A stretch of DNA of 64,000 bases from an uncultured Candidatus Moduliflexus sp. (GTDB taxonomy: Bacteria; Moduliflexota; Moduliflexia; Moduliflexales; Moduliflexaceae), in assembly GCA_964602655.1 (NCBI GenBank), contig CAZRSF010000017.1:24116-88115 (forward strand), given 5' to 3'. The first letter of the stretch is position 1. Every line of letters starts with the position of its first letter. The notes below the pieces were generated by a model that worked only from the letters and a program-made list of their open reading frames with translations, did not search any database and was not told the origin of the DNA. The translations under genes were made by a program, and so were the position numbers. Below are positions 28,987 through 39,242 of this stretch, in pieces.

Positions 28987-29313
28987 AATGATGATACTCC
29001 TTTAAAATAATTGAAATAATGATGACACGATGAGGAAAGGTCGCGTCAAAAAAACGTATGCCTTGCCTATATCCGATCAAAAAAATTGTCAAGAAAAAGC
29101 CTTCTCGTCTTGAATTCCATACGATCTCGAATGGGCAGACGATAAAAAAACATGGAGCACTCAGATTTTTATTGACGTAAAAAGCGTTATCCTTACTTAA
29201 AATAACAGTGTGACATGTCTGTTGCGTTCATGCCGATACGCTCATTTTTTGGATAATAACAATTATAACGGAATGTATCGTTCCGCATTGGTAACAATGG
29301 CGGATGGGTACCA

Positions 29314-30147
29314 TTGCAAATGAAACAACGCTTATTAGGATTATGGTTCTGTTGTCTGCTTCTGTTGTTTTCTGTGTCTTCGGGAATGGCTCAGGAAGCG
29401 CAGGAACGGCTGAAAATGTCCACCACCACCAGCACGGAAAATTCCGGGCTGCTCACCGTCCTGCTCCCGCCGTTCGAACAGGCGTTTAACGTCAAAGTGG
29501 ACGTGGTGTCTGTCGGCACGGGCAAGGCCATCGAACTTGGCGTCAATGGCGATGTGGACGTGGTGTTCGTTCATGCGCGGGAAGCGGAAGACAAATTTGT
29601 CGCCGATGGCGGCGGCGTCAACCGGCGCGACGTGATGTATAATGACTTCGTGATTTTGGGGACGGAGAATGATCCGGCAGGCGTGAAACAGGCGAAAACT
29701 GCGGACGAAGCGTTGAAAAAAATCGCCGATGCGCAGGCCACATTTATTTCACGCGGCGACAAATCCGGCACACACATGAAAGAGTTGGAAGTCTGGCAAA
29801 AAAGCGGCATCACGCCGCAAGGAACGTGGTATATGGAAGCGGGACAGGGCATGGGGGCGGTGCTGACGATGGCGAACGACAAACAAGCCTACACGCTCTC
29901 GGATCGCGGCACATATTTGGCCTTCACGGAGAAAACTTCGCTCAAAGTCGTATCTGAAGGCGATCCGGCGCTCTATAATCCGTATGGGATTATCGCGGTG
30001 AATCCGGCGAAATTCCCGCAAGCCAATTATGTGAAAGCGATGGCGTTGATTGGCTGGGTTACGTCGCCAGAAGGTCAAAAAATTATCCGTGAATTCGGCA
30101 AAGACAAATTTGGCGAGCCGTTGTTTTATCCGTTGGCAATTCAGTAG
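29314..30147 (+). CDS. Tungstate/molybdate-type ABC transporter substrate-binding protein (TupA/WtpA-like)
   Basis: The protein has a signal peptide and the motif …TTTSTENSGLL…VVSVGTGKAIELGVNGDVDVVFVHAREAE…VMYNDFVILG… characteristic of TupA-like binding proteins. Confidence 0.75.
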   Translation: MQMKQRLLGLWFCCLLLLFSVSSGMAQEAQERLKMSTTTSTENSGLLTVLLPPFEQAFNVKVDVVSVGTGKAIELGVNGDVDVVFVHAREAEDKFVADGGGVNRRDVMYNDFVILGTENDPAGVKQAKTADEALKKIADAQATFISRGDKSGTHMKELEVWQKSGITPQGTWYMEAGQGMGAVLTMANDKQAYTLSDRGTYLAFTEKTSLKVVSEGDPALYNPYGIIAVNPAKFPQANYVKAMALIGWVTSPEGQKIIREFGKDKFGEPLFYPLAIQ

Positions 30148-30197
30148 GAACAGAACCCTGCCAGGGTTTCGAACCCTGGCAGGGTTGGGCATCACCG

Positions 30198-30887
30198 ATG
30201 ACATTTCTGCTTGACGCCTTTTACGAAGCGATTCATCTGATTCTCACGTTTGACCCGGAAGTGCTGAACATTGCCGCAACTTCTGTGCGTGTGTCCAGCG
30301 TGGCGATCTTTTTCGCGTCATTAACTGCCGTTCCGCTCGGATTCATCGTGGGAATCACTCAATTTTACGGGCGTGGAGCGCTGCTGACGTTGTTGAATAC
30401 CAGCATGGCCATTCCGACGGTCGTCATCGGTTTGTTAGGGTACGCGCTCATCTCGCGGCAGGGCGTGTTTGGAGAATTCAATCTGCTTTTCACGCCAAGC
30501 GCGATGATCTTCGGGCAATACATTCTGGCCGTGCCGACGATCATGGCGTTGACCATTTCCGCCACTCAAAGCGTTGACCCGCGTATCAGAAAAACAGCGG
30601 TCGTTCTCGGCGCGAATTCATTCCAGGCGGCTATAACGATTTTGCTGGAAGCGCGCTTCGCTGTCATGGCGGCCATTATCACCGGCTTCGGGCGTATCGT
30701 CGGCGAGGTCGGCGCATCCATGATGCTTGGCGGAAATATCAAAGGGTTTACCAGAAATCTTGCGACCGCGATTGCGCTTGAAACCAGCAAAGGCGAATTC
30801 GGGTTCGGATTGGCGCTCGGCATGATTTTGCTGGCGATTGCGCTATTTATCAACATGCTGCTGCGTTTTTTTCAACACAAAGCCTGA
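30198..30887 (+). CDS. ABC transporter permease (TupB-like)
   Basis: The protein is a 229-aa polytopic membrane protein, co-directional with the substrate-binding and ATPase genes. Confidence 0.75.
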   Translation: MTFLLDAFYEAIHLILTFDPEVLNIAATSVRVSSVAIFFASLTAVPLGFIVGITQFYGRGALLTLLNTSMAIPTVVIGLLGYALISRQGVFGEFNLLFTPSAMIFGQYILAVPTIMALTISATQSVDPRIRKTAVVLGANSFQAAITILLEARFAVMAAIITGFGRIVGEVGASMMLGGNIKGFTRNLATAIALETSKGEFGFGLALGMILLAIALFINMLLRFFQHKA

Positions 30888-30930
30888 AAAGCTGTCAGAC
30901 ACGTCTGAAGTGTCTGACAGCTAAGTCGTT

Positions 30931-31959
30931 ATGATGACTTCACAGACGCCTCCAATCTTCGAGATCGAACGCCTCCACCATGCGTATGATGCGCTCGCCG
31001 CTCCGCTGCTCGACATTCCGAATTTGCAAATCTTTCCGGGCAGCATCACCTGTTTTTACGGTCCGAATGGCTCAGGGAAAACCACGTTATTCGAACTGCT
31101 CACCCTGATGCGCCGCCCACAGCAAGGGCGCATTCTGTTTCAGCAGCAAGAAATTTTCCCAAGACGGGACGGCGTGGCTGCCCTTCGCACGAATGCAACC
31201 CTGGTGTATCAAGACCCGCTTTTATTCGATACGACTGTCGAGCGGAACGTGGATTACGGTTTGCGGATGCGGGGTTTGAAACGAAATCTGCGCAAACAGC
31301 GTGTAGAAGAAGCGTTACAACTTGTCGGATTAGAAGGCTTCCAGCCTCGCAAAGCCCGTCAGCTTTCCGGCGGTGAACGCCAGCGCGTGGCATTGGCGAG
31401 AGCGTTAGCCCTGCATCCCTCCGCGCTGCTGTTAGATGAATTTTCCGCGAATGTTGACGAAAAACACCGCGCCCAGCTTGAAACAATTATCCGCCAGATT
31501 CGCGAACGCTTCGGCACGACGATTCTGCTGACCACGCACTACCTGGATCAGGCGTATCGCGTGGCGGATGAGGTACTGCATCTCATGAATGGCCGCCTGA
31601 CTGCGTCCGCGCTGACAAATGTGTTTCGCGGCGTGATTTCGCAAGAACACGGCCACGCGCATTTTTCGAACGGGCGGATTGATTTTGATGTCGTTTCGCC
31701 GCATGACGGCGCGGCGACGGTCGCGATTCCTGCCAACACGATAGTCGTGTCGCCGCATTCATTGGAATCGAGCATGAGGAACGCACTCTGCGGCAAAATT
31801 ACGCATTTGATTGATGGCGGCCATTCCGTGCATTTGAAAGTGGCTGCCGGAGAAACCCTTGATGTGACGCTGACCAAAGAATCCTATCATGACTTGCGCC
31901 TGCATCCCGGCATGGAGGTCTATCTTTATTTCAAAGCGACGGCGGTGGAAGTACTGTAA
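30931..31959 (+). CDS. ABC transporter ATP-binding protein with a C-terminal TOBE (Mop-like) domain
   Basis: Walker A GPNGSGKTT, signature LSGGERQRV and Walker B LLLDEF are present. The C-terminal ~120 aa form a TOBE-like domain. Confidence 0.85.
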   Translation: MMTSQTPPIFEIERLHHAYDALAAPLLDIPNLQIFPGSITCFYGPNGSGKTTLFELLTLMRRPQQGRILFQQQEIFPRRDGVAALRTNATLVYQDPLLFDTTVERNVDYGLRMRGLKRNLRKQRVEEALQLVGLEGFQPRKARQLSGGERQRVALARALALHPSALLLDEFSANVDEKHRAQLETIIRQIRERFGTTILLTTHYLDQAYRVADEVLHLMNGRLTASALTNVFRGVISQEHGHAHFSNGRIDFDVVSPHDGAATVAIPANTIVVSPHSLESSMRNALCGKITHLIDGGHSVHLKVAAGETLDVTLTKESYHDLRLHPGMEVYLYFKATAVEVL

Positions 31960-32058
31960 TGCCAATGATGTTCGAAACGATTATTATGAAGTGATTCGAG
32001 GGTCGTTTAATTGAACGCCCCTACAGGGGCGTCTCTACGGAGAGATAATGGCATTATT

Positions 32059-33012
32059 TTACCGCTCAATGCACTCTTTGACGGCGAGGCGCAGAAACCA
32101 GGTCTGTTTGCCATGCGGCGGGAGCGTGCTGGACATGTTTCGGGCTTTCGACAGATCAGGCTGATCCATCGCGGCGGTGGCCGGTTCGAGAGCGACGTTA
32201 TACTGATGCTCCCACCAGCCTTGATTGAACCAGACGCCGAGATAACGGACAACATCCGGTGGAAAATTGAGATGAAGCGAAAGATTCCTGCCCGGATCGC
32301 TCAATCCGCACCATCCCTCCGACATCGGCGCGGCGAAATAGTATTTCTGGCGTCCCAGGCCATCTGGCGCGGCGAGCGTGGCGAGATCAACGACGCGGCC
32401 ATCTTCAAGCGTCGCGTTAGGAAAATCGTACTCGCGTCCATATTCCCGCAGCGGTTCGCCGGAATAGGCATTCAGAATCTTCGCCATCGCCGGAGGCAGC
32501 AGCAGGCGCGTCCCCGGCGTGAGGTTGAACAACGGGTGCGCTGCCCAGAGGTAATCTAACGGAAAGGGTGAAAGATTGGCTGCGGCATACGCGATTTCCA
32601 GAACGTTGTCGTTCAGGGAGACCGTTTTTTCGAGCAGATACGGCAAGCGGACGCCATTGACCCACAAACGCAAACGTTCTCCAGCGATTTCATAATGCCA
32701 GGGGAGCGACCAGACTTCGCCATGATCCGGCAGCAGCGTACCGTCCCAGACGCCGCCCGCATAACGGCAGGCGTTGATCGTCGGGAACATTTCGTCGAAC
32801 CCGAAAGACTGTGTCCTGCCGAATGGCTGACCGTATTCGGATTTCGGGAATTTCGCGTCCGATTCCTGCCAGAGCAATTCGGCCTCACGCGGCTTATAGA
32901 CGAGCGAAGCGATTTTGGAACCCCATTGCGGCAGAATCGTGGCGCGAAGTTCGGAATTCTCCAGCACGATGCCGTCAACGTCTTTATAGGTTCCGTAGGA
33001 AATTTTGCACAT
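32059..33012 (-). CDS. Aldose-1-epimerase (galactose mutarotase)-like superfamily protein
   Basis: The protein is beta-sandwich-like with a conserved His/Glu pattern. The assignment is tentative. Confidence 0.45.
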   Translation of the reverse strand: MCKISYGTYKDVDGIVLENSELRATILPQWGSKIASLVYKPREAELLWQESDAKFPKSEYGQPFGRTQSFGFDEMFPTINACRYAGGVWDGTLLPDHGEVWSLPWHYEIAGERLRLWVNGVRLPYLLEKTVSLNDNVLEIAYAAANLSPFPLDYLWAAHPLFNLTPGTRLLLPPAMAKILNAYSGEPLREYGREYDFPNATLEDGRVVDLATLAAPDGLGRQKYYFAAPMSEGWCGLSDPGRNLSLHLNFPPDVVRYLGVWFNQGWWEHQYNVALEPATAAMDQPDLSKARNMSSTLPPHGKQTWFLRLAVKECIER

Positions 33013-33062
33013 GAGATAAACTTAACCCTGCCAGGGTTTTGAACCCTGGCAGGGTTGATGAA

Positions 33063-36000
33063 TCAACGCCAGTAGGTCTCGCCGATCATCGCGAGATGCT
33101 GCGCCGCGCCCTGATGATTGACATCTGACTGCGTCACGAACTCCAATTCCCGCCGTGCTTGATCAGGCTTGCCAAGCCCTAAATAGCCTAAACCGAGCAG
33201 ATAATGACAGAGAATCCGATTGCGGTGATTCAGGTCTTCGTCAAAAATCAACAAATCCGGCAGCGACACGGCGAAATAATCAATGCTCGGCTCTGCAAAA
33301 AGCTGCTGTTCCGCGTAATCAATCAGCGCGTGAAACCGGCTGCGAGCGCGATCTTCCTGGCCGAGTTTTTCGAACGCCAATCCTTGATAAAAGATTTGTT
33401 CCGGGGGTTGATCGTTGTAAAACATTGCGGCGGACGGGCGTTCCGCGCCGCGATACGCCTGAGCGAACGAGTTTTCAGCGCGAGCCTGATCCCCTGCTTG
33501 CTGAAATGCGCAGCCTTCCAAATAATAGAGATCATTTTCCGATGCGCCATACAGCTTGCCTTCGCCGAGATTCTGCGGATAGGTTTTGGCGCGGTCGAGC
33601 CAGTCAAGCGCCTGCTCGAATTTGAGGGCTTTCAACGCCTGTTTTGCTAAGCCGAGATGACAGGCGACGTATTGCCCCGACACTTTGCCTTCGCCCCCTT
33701 CCCAGGGGTGAAATTTCCGCGCCGCAATCAGCGTTCTGGCGGTGTCGTATTGTTCAAGCTGATTATACAGCGCGGCGCGTTCCAAATAGAGATCGTCGCG
33801 CAATTCCACTAATGGAAGGTGGCCTTCCAAAAACGCCAAACGCTCTTGCGCCGGGCGATTCAGCTTTTTATAGAGTTGATTCAGTTCCATGAACACCCGC
33901 GCATCCTGCGGATTCAGCGCAAACGCCTTTTCCAGGGCGGCTCGCGCTTCTTCGTGATTCATCCGCTTGTTGTAATACGCCAACGCCAAATTCCGGTGCG
34001 TGGTCGGGAAATGCGGGTCAAGCTCACGCGAGGTTTCCCAGCAGCGGATCGCGTCGTCATACTGCCGCCGGTCATACCAGAAATTGCCGAGATAGTAGAA
34101 CGCTTTCGCGTCCGTCGGATTAAATTCTTTCACCGCTTCCAGCGCCGCGACAGCTTCGAGATGATTCGGAAAGCAATAATCCGGCTTCGCATGCGCCGCT
34201 TTTTGATAGCGCTCCGCAGCGGCGGCATCATGCCCGCGCTGCCACTCGAAATAGCCGAGATAGTAATAGATCATTGGATAGGTCGTGTCGGCGTGTTCGT
34301 CGGCAATGACGCGGGAAAGGAGGTCAATCGCCTCATCAAACAGCCCGGCGGCGGCATAATCGAGCGCATATTCGATATGCGTGTGCGGGTCGTTGCGCAT
34401 GGCGCGTGTCAGCGCTGCGACTTCCTGCGCGGCTTCGGCAGTTTTCCCCTGTTCGCGCAAGAGAAGCGCCCGCTCGTTCCAGACGCCGAAATTGAAATGA
34501 TCAAGCTCAAGTGACGCCTGCGTGAACGCCTCCGCCCGGTCGTATTGCCCCAAATGCCGCAAAATCGCGACGTTCAGATGGCGGCCTTTGTGATTCTGCG
34601 TGTTGCGAGAGAGCGAGCGCTCAATCAATTCCAATGCCAACGCGAATTTTTGCCGGGATGCGGCGATTTGCGCGAGCGCGAAATAGCCGCTGTCCTGCCA
34701 CGCGCCGTTCCAGACGCTTTTGAAAAAGGCGTCGAACGCCTCGTCAAGCTTCCCCTGAATTTTCAGGCTGAGGCCGAGATTGTAATACGGCTCGCCGTCA
34801 TAGGGATTCGGATTGCGCTGCGTCAACGTCTTGATGGCGCGGCGGAAATAGGCTTCGCTGTCCTGAAATTGCCCGTGCCGCAAGAGCCAGAGGCCAAGCG
34901 CGTTGTTATTGCGAATATCCCCCGGATCGCGTTTCAGCGCTTCTTGATAGTACGCCGTCGGATCGTAGGTCGCATGGCGGTATTGTTCCAAATGCAGCCC
35001 GGTCAGATACAATTGCTCCGTCGAAGGGAGTTCCTCCGGCGGCAGCGCCGACTTCGCTGAATCTGGAAGCGGCTTTTTTTCAGGCGTTTCAGGTTGATAA
35101 GAGACTAACAACACGCCCTCTTCGGTTGTCACGGAAACGCGCAAATTTTCAGCGTGTTCGCCTGCCGACAATTCGCAGGAGCGGACAAATATTTGCTCCG
35201 GCGAGACATCAACCGTTTTTTCGAAATAAACCTGAGACGCGCTTTGCAGCGTGATGGTCAGGTTGCGATACGCGGCGGTGACATAGATGCTGACAGTCGC
35301 AGACGCACCAGTGATGTCAAGATTGACGAGCGCGTCGGCAGTCGCGTTTTTCACGACGCCAATCGAATGATATGGCAGAAAATATTGATGGAAAATCTTC
35401 TCTTCACACGGCTGAATCCAGCTAAAATCAGGCTGATTGTCGGTATAAACGCCGGTCATCAATTCGATGTACGGGCCGTCCTCGTCTGTCAAATTCCGAT
35501 CCCACGCCTGCCCGAAATCGCCACAGCCCCAAGTCCACTGCTTTTTGCCAGGGGAAATGTGGTGATCCGCGACATGCAGCACGCCTGCCTGCACGCTGTG
35601 ATCATAGCCGCCGACAAAGTCGTATTTCGACTGAATCGCCATGTAGGAGGTCGGCACGGGGATATTTTTATAGCGGGAAATATCCACGCCAGCGGAGTAA
35701 TCCATTTTGTAATACGTGCCGGTGGCGATGGGGAAGCGGGAGACATCGCGCTTGCCGTGATCAAACACGGCGTGAACGTCGGGCGGAAAGACCGATTGAT
35801 AGTCGTCGTTGACCGACACCGCCGGGTTTGCCCACCAGAGGAAATGCTGCGGCATGGTGGTGCGGTTATACAGTTTGCCGGTGATTTTCAGGTAGGCTTT
35901 GTCGGGAAAGAGCGTGAAGCCCGCCATGCCTTTGGTGCGGAACATCCGCTCCACTTCGCTGACCCAGACGGTCGCGCTGCCGTCGTCATGCGTTTCGAAC

Positions 36001-36419
36001 GCGAAATCTACCGGCTCGAACGTGCTGGGGCGATGATGCTGCGGCCAGTTGAATTCGATGCCGCCGGAAATCCAGGGGCCGGTCAGCCCGACTAACGCCG
36101 GTTTCACGACCTGATTATAGTAGATAAAATGCCGCTTCGCGATTTTATCGTATGCCTCATGCACGCGCCCGCCGAGTTCCGGCAGAATCATGAGTTTGAG
36201 ATAGCGGTTTTCCAAAAACAGGGCATGATACGCTTTTTCGACTTTTTCATCCGAGATGTGTTCGATAATCGGATGCGGATAGACCACGCCGCTGCTTCCC
36301 TGATAGACCCGCTTTTCGAAAAACATCGGGTTTTTATCCGGTTCGCCAATAGGATAGGTCGGCAGCGTAATATCTTCTTCCCAGACGCGCACACACGAAA
36401 AATCTTCCATGATCGTCAA
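33063..36419 (-). CDS. Large (1118 aa) protein: N-terminal DUF5107-like domain plus many TPR repeats
   Basis: The C-terminal ~700 aa are TPR-like helical repeats (A..Y.LG…). The N-terminal ~400 aa resemble proteins annotated DUF5107 (glycoside-hydrolase-like), from my recollection of that family. Confidence 0.6.
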   Translation of the reverse strand: MTIMEDFSCVRVWEEDITLPTYPIGEPDKNPMFFEKRVYQGSSGVVYPHPIIEHISDEKVEKAYHALFLENRYLKLMILPELGGRVHEAYDKIAKRHFIYYNQVVKPALVGLTGPWISGGIEFNWPQHHRPSTFEPVDFAFETHDDGSATVWVSEVERMFRTKGMAGFTLFPDKAYLKITGKLYNRTTMPQHFLWWANPAVSVNDDYQSVFPPDVHAVFDHGKRDVSRFPIATGTYYKMDYSAGVDISRYKNIPVPTSYMAIQSKYDFVGGYDHSVQAGVLHVADHHISPGKKQWTWGCGDFGQAWDRNLTDEDGPYIELMTGVYTDNQPDFSWIQPCEEKIFHQYFLPYHSIGVVKNATADALVNLDITGASATVSIYVTAAYRNLTITLQSASQVYFEKTVDVSPEQIFVRSCELSAGEHAENLRVSVTTEEGVLLVSYQPETPEKKPLPDSAKSALPPEELPSTEQLYLTGLHLEQYRHATYDPTAYYQEALKRDPGDIRNNNALGLWLLRHGQFQDSEAYFRRAIKTLTQRNPNPYDGEPYYNLGLSLKIQGKLDEAFDAFFKSVWNGAWQDSGYFALAQIAASRQKFALALELIERSLSRNTQNHKGRHLNVAILRHLGQYDRAEAFTQASLELDHFNFGVWNERALLLREQGKTAEAAQEVAALTRAMRNDPHTHIEYALDYAAAGLFDEAIDLLSRVIADEHADTTYPMIYYYLGYFEWQRGHDAAAAERYQKAAHAKPDYCFPNHLEAVAALEAVKEFNPTDAKAFYYLGNFWYDRRQYDDAIRCWETSRELDPHFPTTHRNLALAYYNKRMNHEEARAALEKAFALNPQDARVFMELNQLYKKLNRPAQERLAFLEGHLPLVELRDDLYLERAALYNQLEQYDTARTLIAARKFHPWEGGEGKVSGQYVACHLGLAKQALKALKFEQALDWLDRAKTYPQNLGEGKLYGASENDLYYLEGCAFQQAGDQARAENSFAQAYRGAERPSAAMFYNDQPPEQIFYQGLAFEKLGQEDRARSRFHALIDYAEQQLFAEPSIDYFAVSLPDLLIFDEDLNHRNRILCHYLLGLGYLGLGKPDQARRELEFVTQSDVNHQGAAQHLAMIGETYWR

Positions 36420-36531
36420 ACAAACCCCACCCCCGGCCCCGGCCCATCGGGGAGGGGAGAACGTTTCCCCTCTCCTTCGGAGATGGGCAAGGGGTGAGGT
36501 GAAAAGAGAGGTAATGAGGAGTGAATGATGA

Positions 36532-37497
36532 TTACGCTTTTTTGCGTTGTTTCAGTTGGTCTAACAGGATGGCGATTAACAAGATCGTGCCGCGCACAAG
36601 ATACTGATAAAACGTCGGCACATTCCACAAATTCAAGACATCTTGCACCGTTCCCATAATCAGTACGCCAACAATGACGCCGCTCATCGTGCCGACGCCG
36701 CCGGAAAGCGACACGCCGCCCAACACGCAGGCGGAAATGACATCCAACTCGAAGCCGATCGACGAATTGGGCTGACCGCTGGTCATGCGGGACGCGAGTA
36801 TCACGCCGCCGAACCCGGCGACAAAACCTTGCAGGGTGAAAATCACGATTTTGGTCCAATTAACATTCACGCCAGAGAGTCGCGCCGCTTCTTTATTGCC
36901 GCCGATTGCCAGCACGTTCCGACCATACGCGGTGTTGTTGAGAAGGACGCCGAAAATCGCCATAATCACGACGGTCAACAGAATCGGAACCGGAATCCCC
37001 CAAATGACATTATTGCCGATTTTAAAAAACGCCGGAATCGTGATACCGATGGCGACCGCGTTGGAAACGATCAGGCCGAGACCGCGCACGATTTGCAATG
37101 TTGCGAGGGTTGTAATCAAGGGATTCAGACCGAACTTTGCAATAAACACCCCGTTAACCAGACCGACGAGCGCTCCGGCGAGCACGCCTCCAAGCACGGA
37201 AAGAAAGACGTTGCCGGTCACATTCAATAATTTTGCGGTCAACACTCCGGCAAAGGCAACAGTCGAGCCGACGGACAGATCGACATCGCCAGCGCCAAGC
37301 ACAAACAGCATGGTAGCGGCGACCATGCCAATCGTCGTCACCGACAACAACAGGCCGTTCATATTCGTAGTCGTCAGAAAATATGGCACAAACATCGCGC
37401 ACAGCAGAAACATCACGATATATACGACAATCATGCTGGAATTCTGCCAGAGATTTCCAAAAACTTTAATTATTCCTTGTGTCTGGTTGGTTGTCAT
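36532..37497 (-). CDS. Sugar ABC transporter permease (RbsC/AraH family)
   Basis: The protein is a 321-aa polytopic membrane protein with the monosaccharide ABC permease pattern. Confidence 0.85.
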   Translation of the reverse strand: MTTNQTQGIIKVFGNLWQNSSMIVVYIVMFLLCAMFVPYFLTTTNMNGLLLSVTTIGMVAATMLFVLGAGDVDLSVGSTVAFAGVLTAKLLNVTGNVFLSVLGGVLAGALVGLVNGVFIAKFGLNPLITTLATLQIVRGLGLIVSNAVAIGITIPAFFKIGNNVIWGIPVPILLTVVIMAIFGVLLNNTAYGRNVLAIGGNKEAARLSGVNVNWTKIVIFTLQGFVAGFGGVILASRMTSGQPNSSIGFELDVISACVLGGVSLSGGVGTMSGVIVGVLIMGTVQDVLNLWNVPTFYQYLVRGTILLIAILLDQLKQRKKA

Positions 37498-37568
37498 ACC
37501 CTTTGTCTCCTCATTATCTCGTTTTTATCCAAACCCTGCCAGGGTTTCGAACCCTGGCAGGGTTAAAT

Positions 37569-39059
37569 TTACGCTGTCGGCAGCGCCATCGAAAGCAGAC
37601 GTTCTTGATTCACTTCGGCTCGCGGGACTTCACCGGTGATCGCGCCTTCGCGCATGACGATCACCCGGTCTGCAACGCCCATCACTTCGGGCAAATCGCT
37701 TGACACAAACACAACTGCTTTGCCTTCTTCGGCTAATTGATACATCAACTGATAAATTTCATATTTTGCGCCTACGTCAATGCCGCGCGTCGGCTCATCC
37801 AATAAAAACACGTCCATTGTTTCGCTTAACCAGCGCGCTAAAATAACCTTCTGCTGATTTCCGCCGGAAAGATTGCCGAGCAGTTGTTCTCGCGACGGGG
37901 TTTTTATCTGGAGCTTTTTAATGAAATTATCGGTATTTTCGCGTTCCTTCTGTTTATCCAGAAAGAAGCCCGCGCGTAAAAAATGGCGGCGGCAACTGAT
38001 ATTCAGGTTTTCATTGACGGAGCGAATCGGAATAATCCCTTCATACTTTCGATCTTCAGGGCTGAGACAGATACGCTGACGAATCGCTGTAATCGGGTTC
38101 GTAATCGTCGCCAGTTTGCCATGAACGCGTACTTCTCCGGATGTCAAACGTTCTGCGCCGAAGAGCAGTTTCAGCAGTTCGGATCGCCCTGCGCCGACCA
38201 AGCCGAAGAAGCCGACGATTTCACCGCGTGACACGCTGAAGGAGACCTCTTTTTTCAAGCCTTTGCCCCGCAGGTTTTTCACCTCGAACATCGTTTCCCC
38301 GGTTTTGCGCGGGCGATAGCCGTACACATCCTTGATTTCCCGCCCAACCATGCGCTGCACTAACAAATTATGCGTGACGTTCGACATGTCCGTAAAGGTT
38401 TCGATATGCTTCCCGTCGCGAAAGACGGTCACGGTATCGCAAATTTTAAAAATTTCTTCCATGCGATGAGACACGTAAATAATCGCTTTTCCCTGATTTT
38501 TGAGGTTGTCTATAATTTTGAATAATTGCGTCACTTCGCGCGCTGACAGCGAACTGGTCGGTTCGTCGAACGCGATGATTTCTGCGTTATGCAGCAACGC
38601 TTTGCCGATTTCGATCATCTGGCGCTGGCCGATTGACAGGTTTTTCACTTTTGTGGCCGGATCAAAATTTTCCATCAATAATTCGATTTGTTTCTGCGCG
38701 ATCTGGCGCATCTGGCGTTTATCAATAAAGACCGATTTTTTCGGATAGTTCCCGATCATAAAATTTTCAGCGACGGTCATATCGGGAACAAGGTTCAATT
38801 CTTGATAAATGATAGCGATTTTGGCATTCAGCGCGTCGCGGGTAGTCTGAAAAACGTGTTTTTGCCCGCCGATGACAACATCGCCTGACGTTGGAGTATA
38901 CGCCCCGCTGAGAATTTTCAACAGCGTGGATTTGCCCGCGCCATTTTCTCCGACGAGGCCGTGAACGCTGCCTCTGGCAACGCCGAACGACACGTCGTCA
39001 AGCGCCTTGACGCCGGGGAAAATTTTGGAAATATGCTCGAATTCCAGGAAATTTTTCAT
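37569..39059 (-). CDS. Sugar ABC transporter ATP-binding protein with duplicated NBDs (RbsA/XylG type)
   Basis: Two ABC domains each carry a Walker A (GENGAGKST, GLVGAGRSE) and a signature motif. The start was chosen at the ATG at 39059. Confidence 0.9.
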   Translation of the reverse strand: MKNFLEFEHISKIFPGVKALDDVSFGVARGSVHGLVGENGAGKSTLLKILSGAYTPTSGDVVIGGQKHVFQTTRDALNAKIAIIYQELNLVPDMTVAENFMIGNYPKKSVFIDKRQMRQIAQKQIELLMENFDPATKVKNLSIGQRQMIEIGKALLHNAEIIAFDEPTSSLSAREVTQLFKIIDNLKNQGKAIIYVSHRMEEIFKICDTVTVFRDGKHIETFTDMSNVTHNLLVQRMVGREIKDVYGYRPRKTGETMFEVKNLRGKGLKKEVSFSVSRGEIVGFFGLVGAGRSELLKLLFGAERLTSGEVRVHGKLATITNPITAIRQRICLSPEDRKYEGIIPIRSVNENLNISCRRHFLRAGFFLDKQKERENTDNFIKKLQIKTPSREQLLGNLSGGNQQKVILARWLSETMDVFLLDEPTRGIDVGAKYEIYQLMYQLAEEGKAVVFVSSDLPEVMGVADRVIVMREGAITGEVPRAEVNQERLLSMALPTA

Positions 39060-39242
39060 AGAATTGTGATCTCGGAAGAGACGCCCCGACGGGGCGTCTA
39101 TTGTTGAAAAGTTTCCAGCGGTTAACACCGCCGTCTTTATTCCGTAGCCGCTTCGCGGCAGGCCGTTCGCCCTGAAAGGGCGGCGTAATATAGACAGCGG
39201 TTTCAACCGCTGGAAATTTAAGCGGGCTTCACCAGTCGGGTC

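Noticed and set aside
29100-29313. Possible Moco/tungsten riboswitch upstream of the TupA-like gene
   Set aside because: I could not find the conserved Moco-riboswitch core elements by eye. This would need an Infernal scan.
33155-36497. Multiple 100-313-aa plus-strand ORFs across the DUF5107/TPR gene
   Set aside because: These are antisense frames of a GC-rich gene; the minus-strand 1118-aa ORF has coherent TPR and domain structure.
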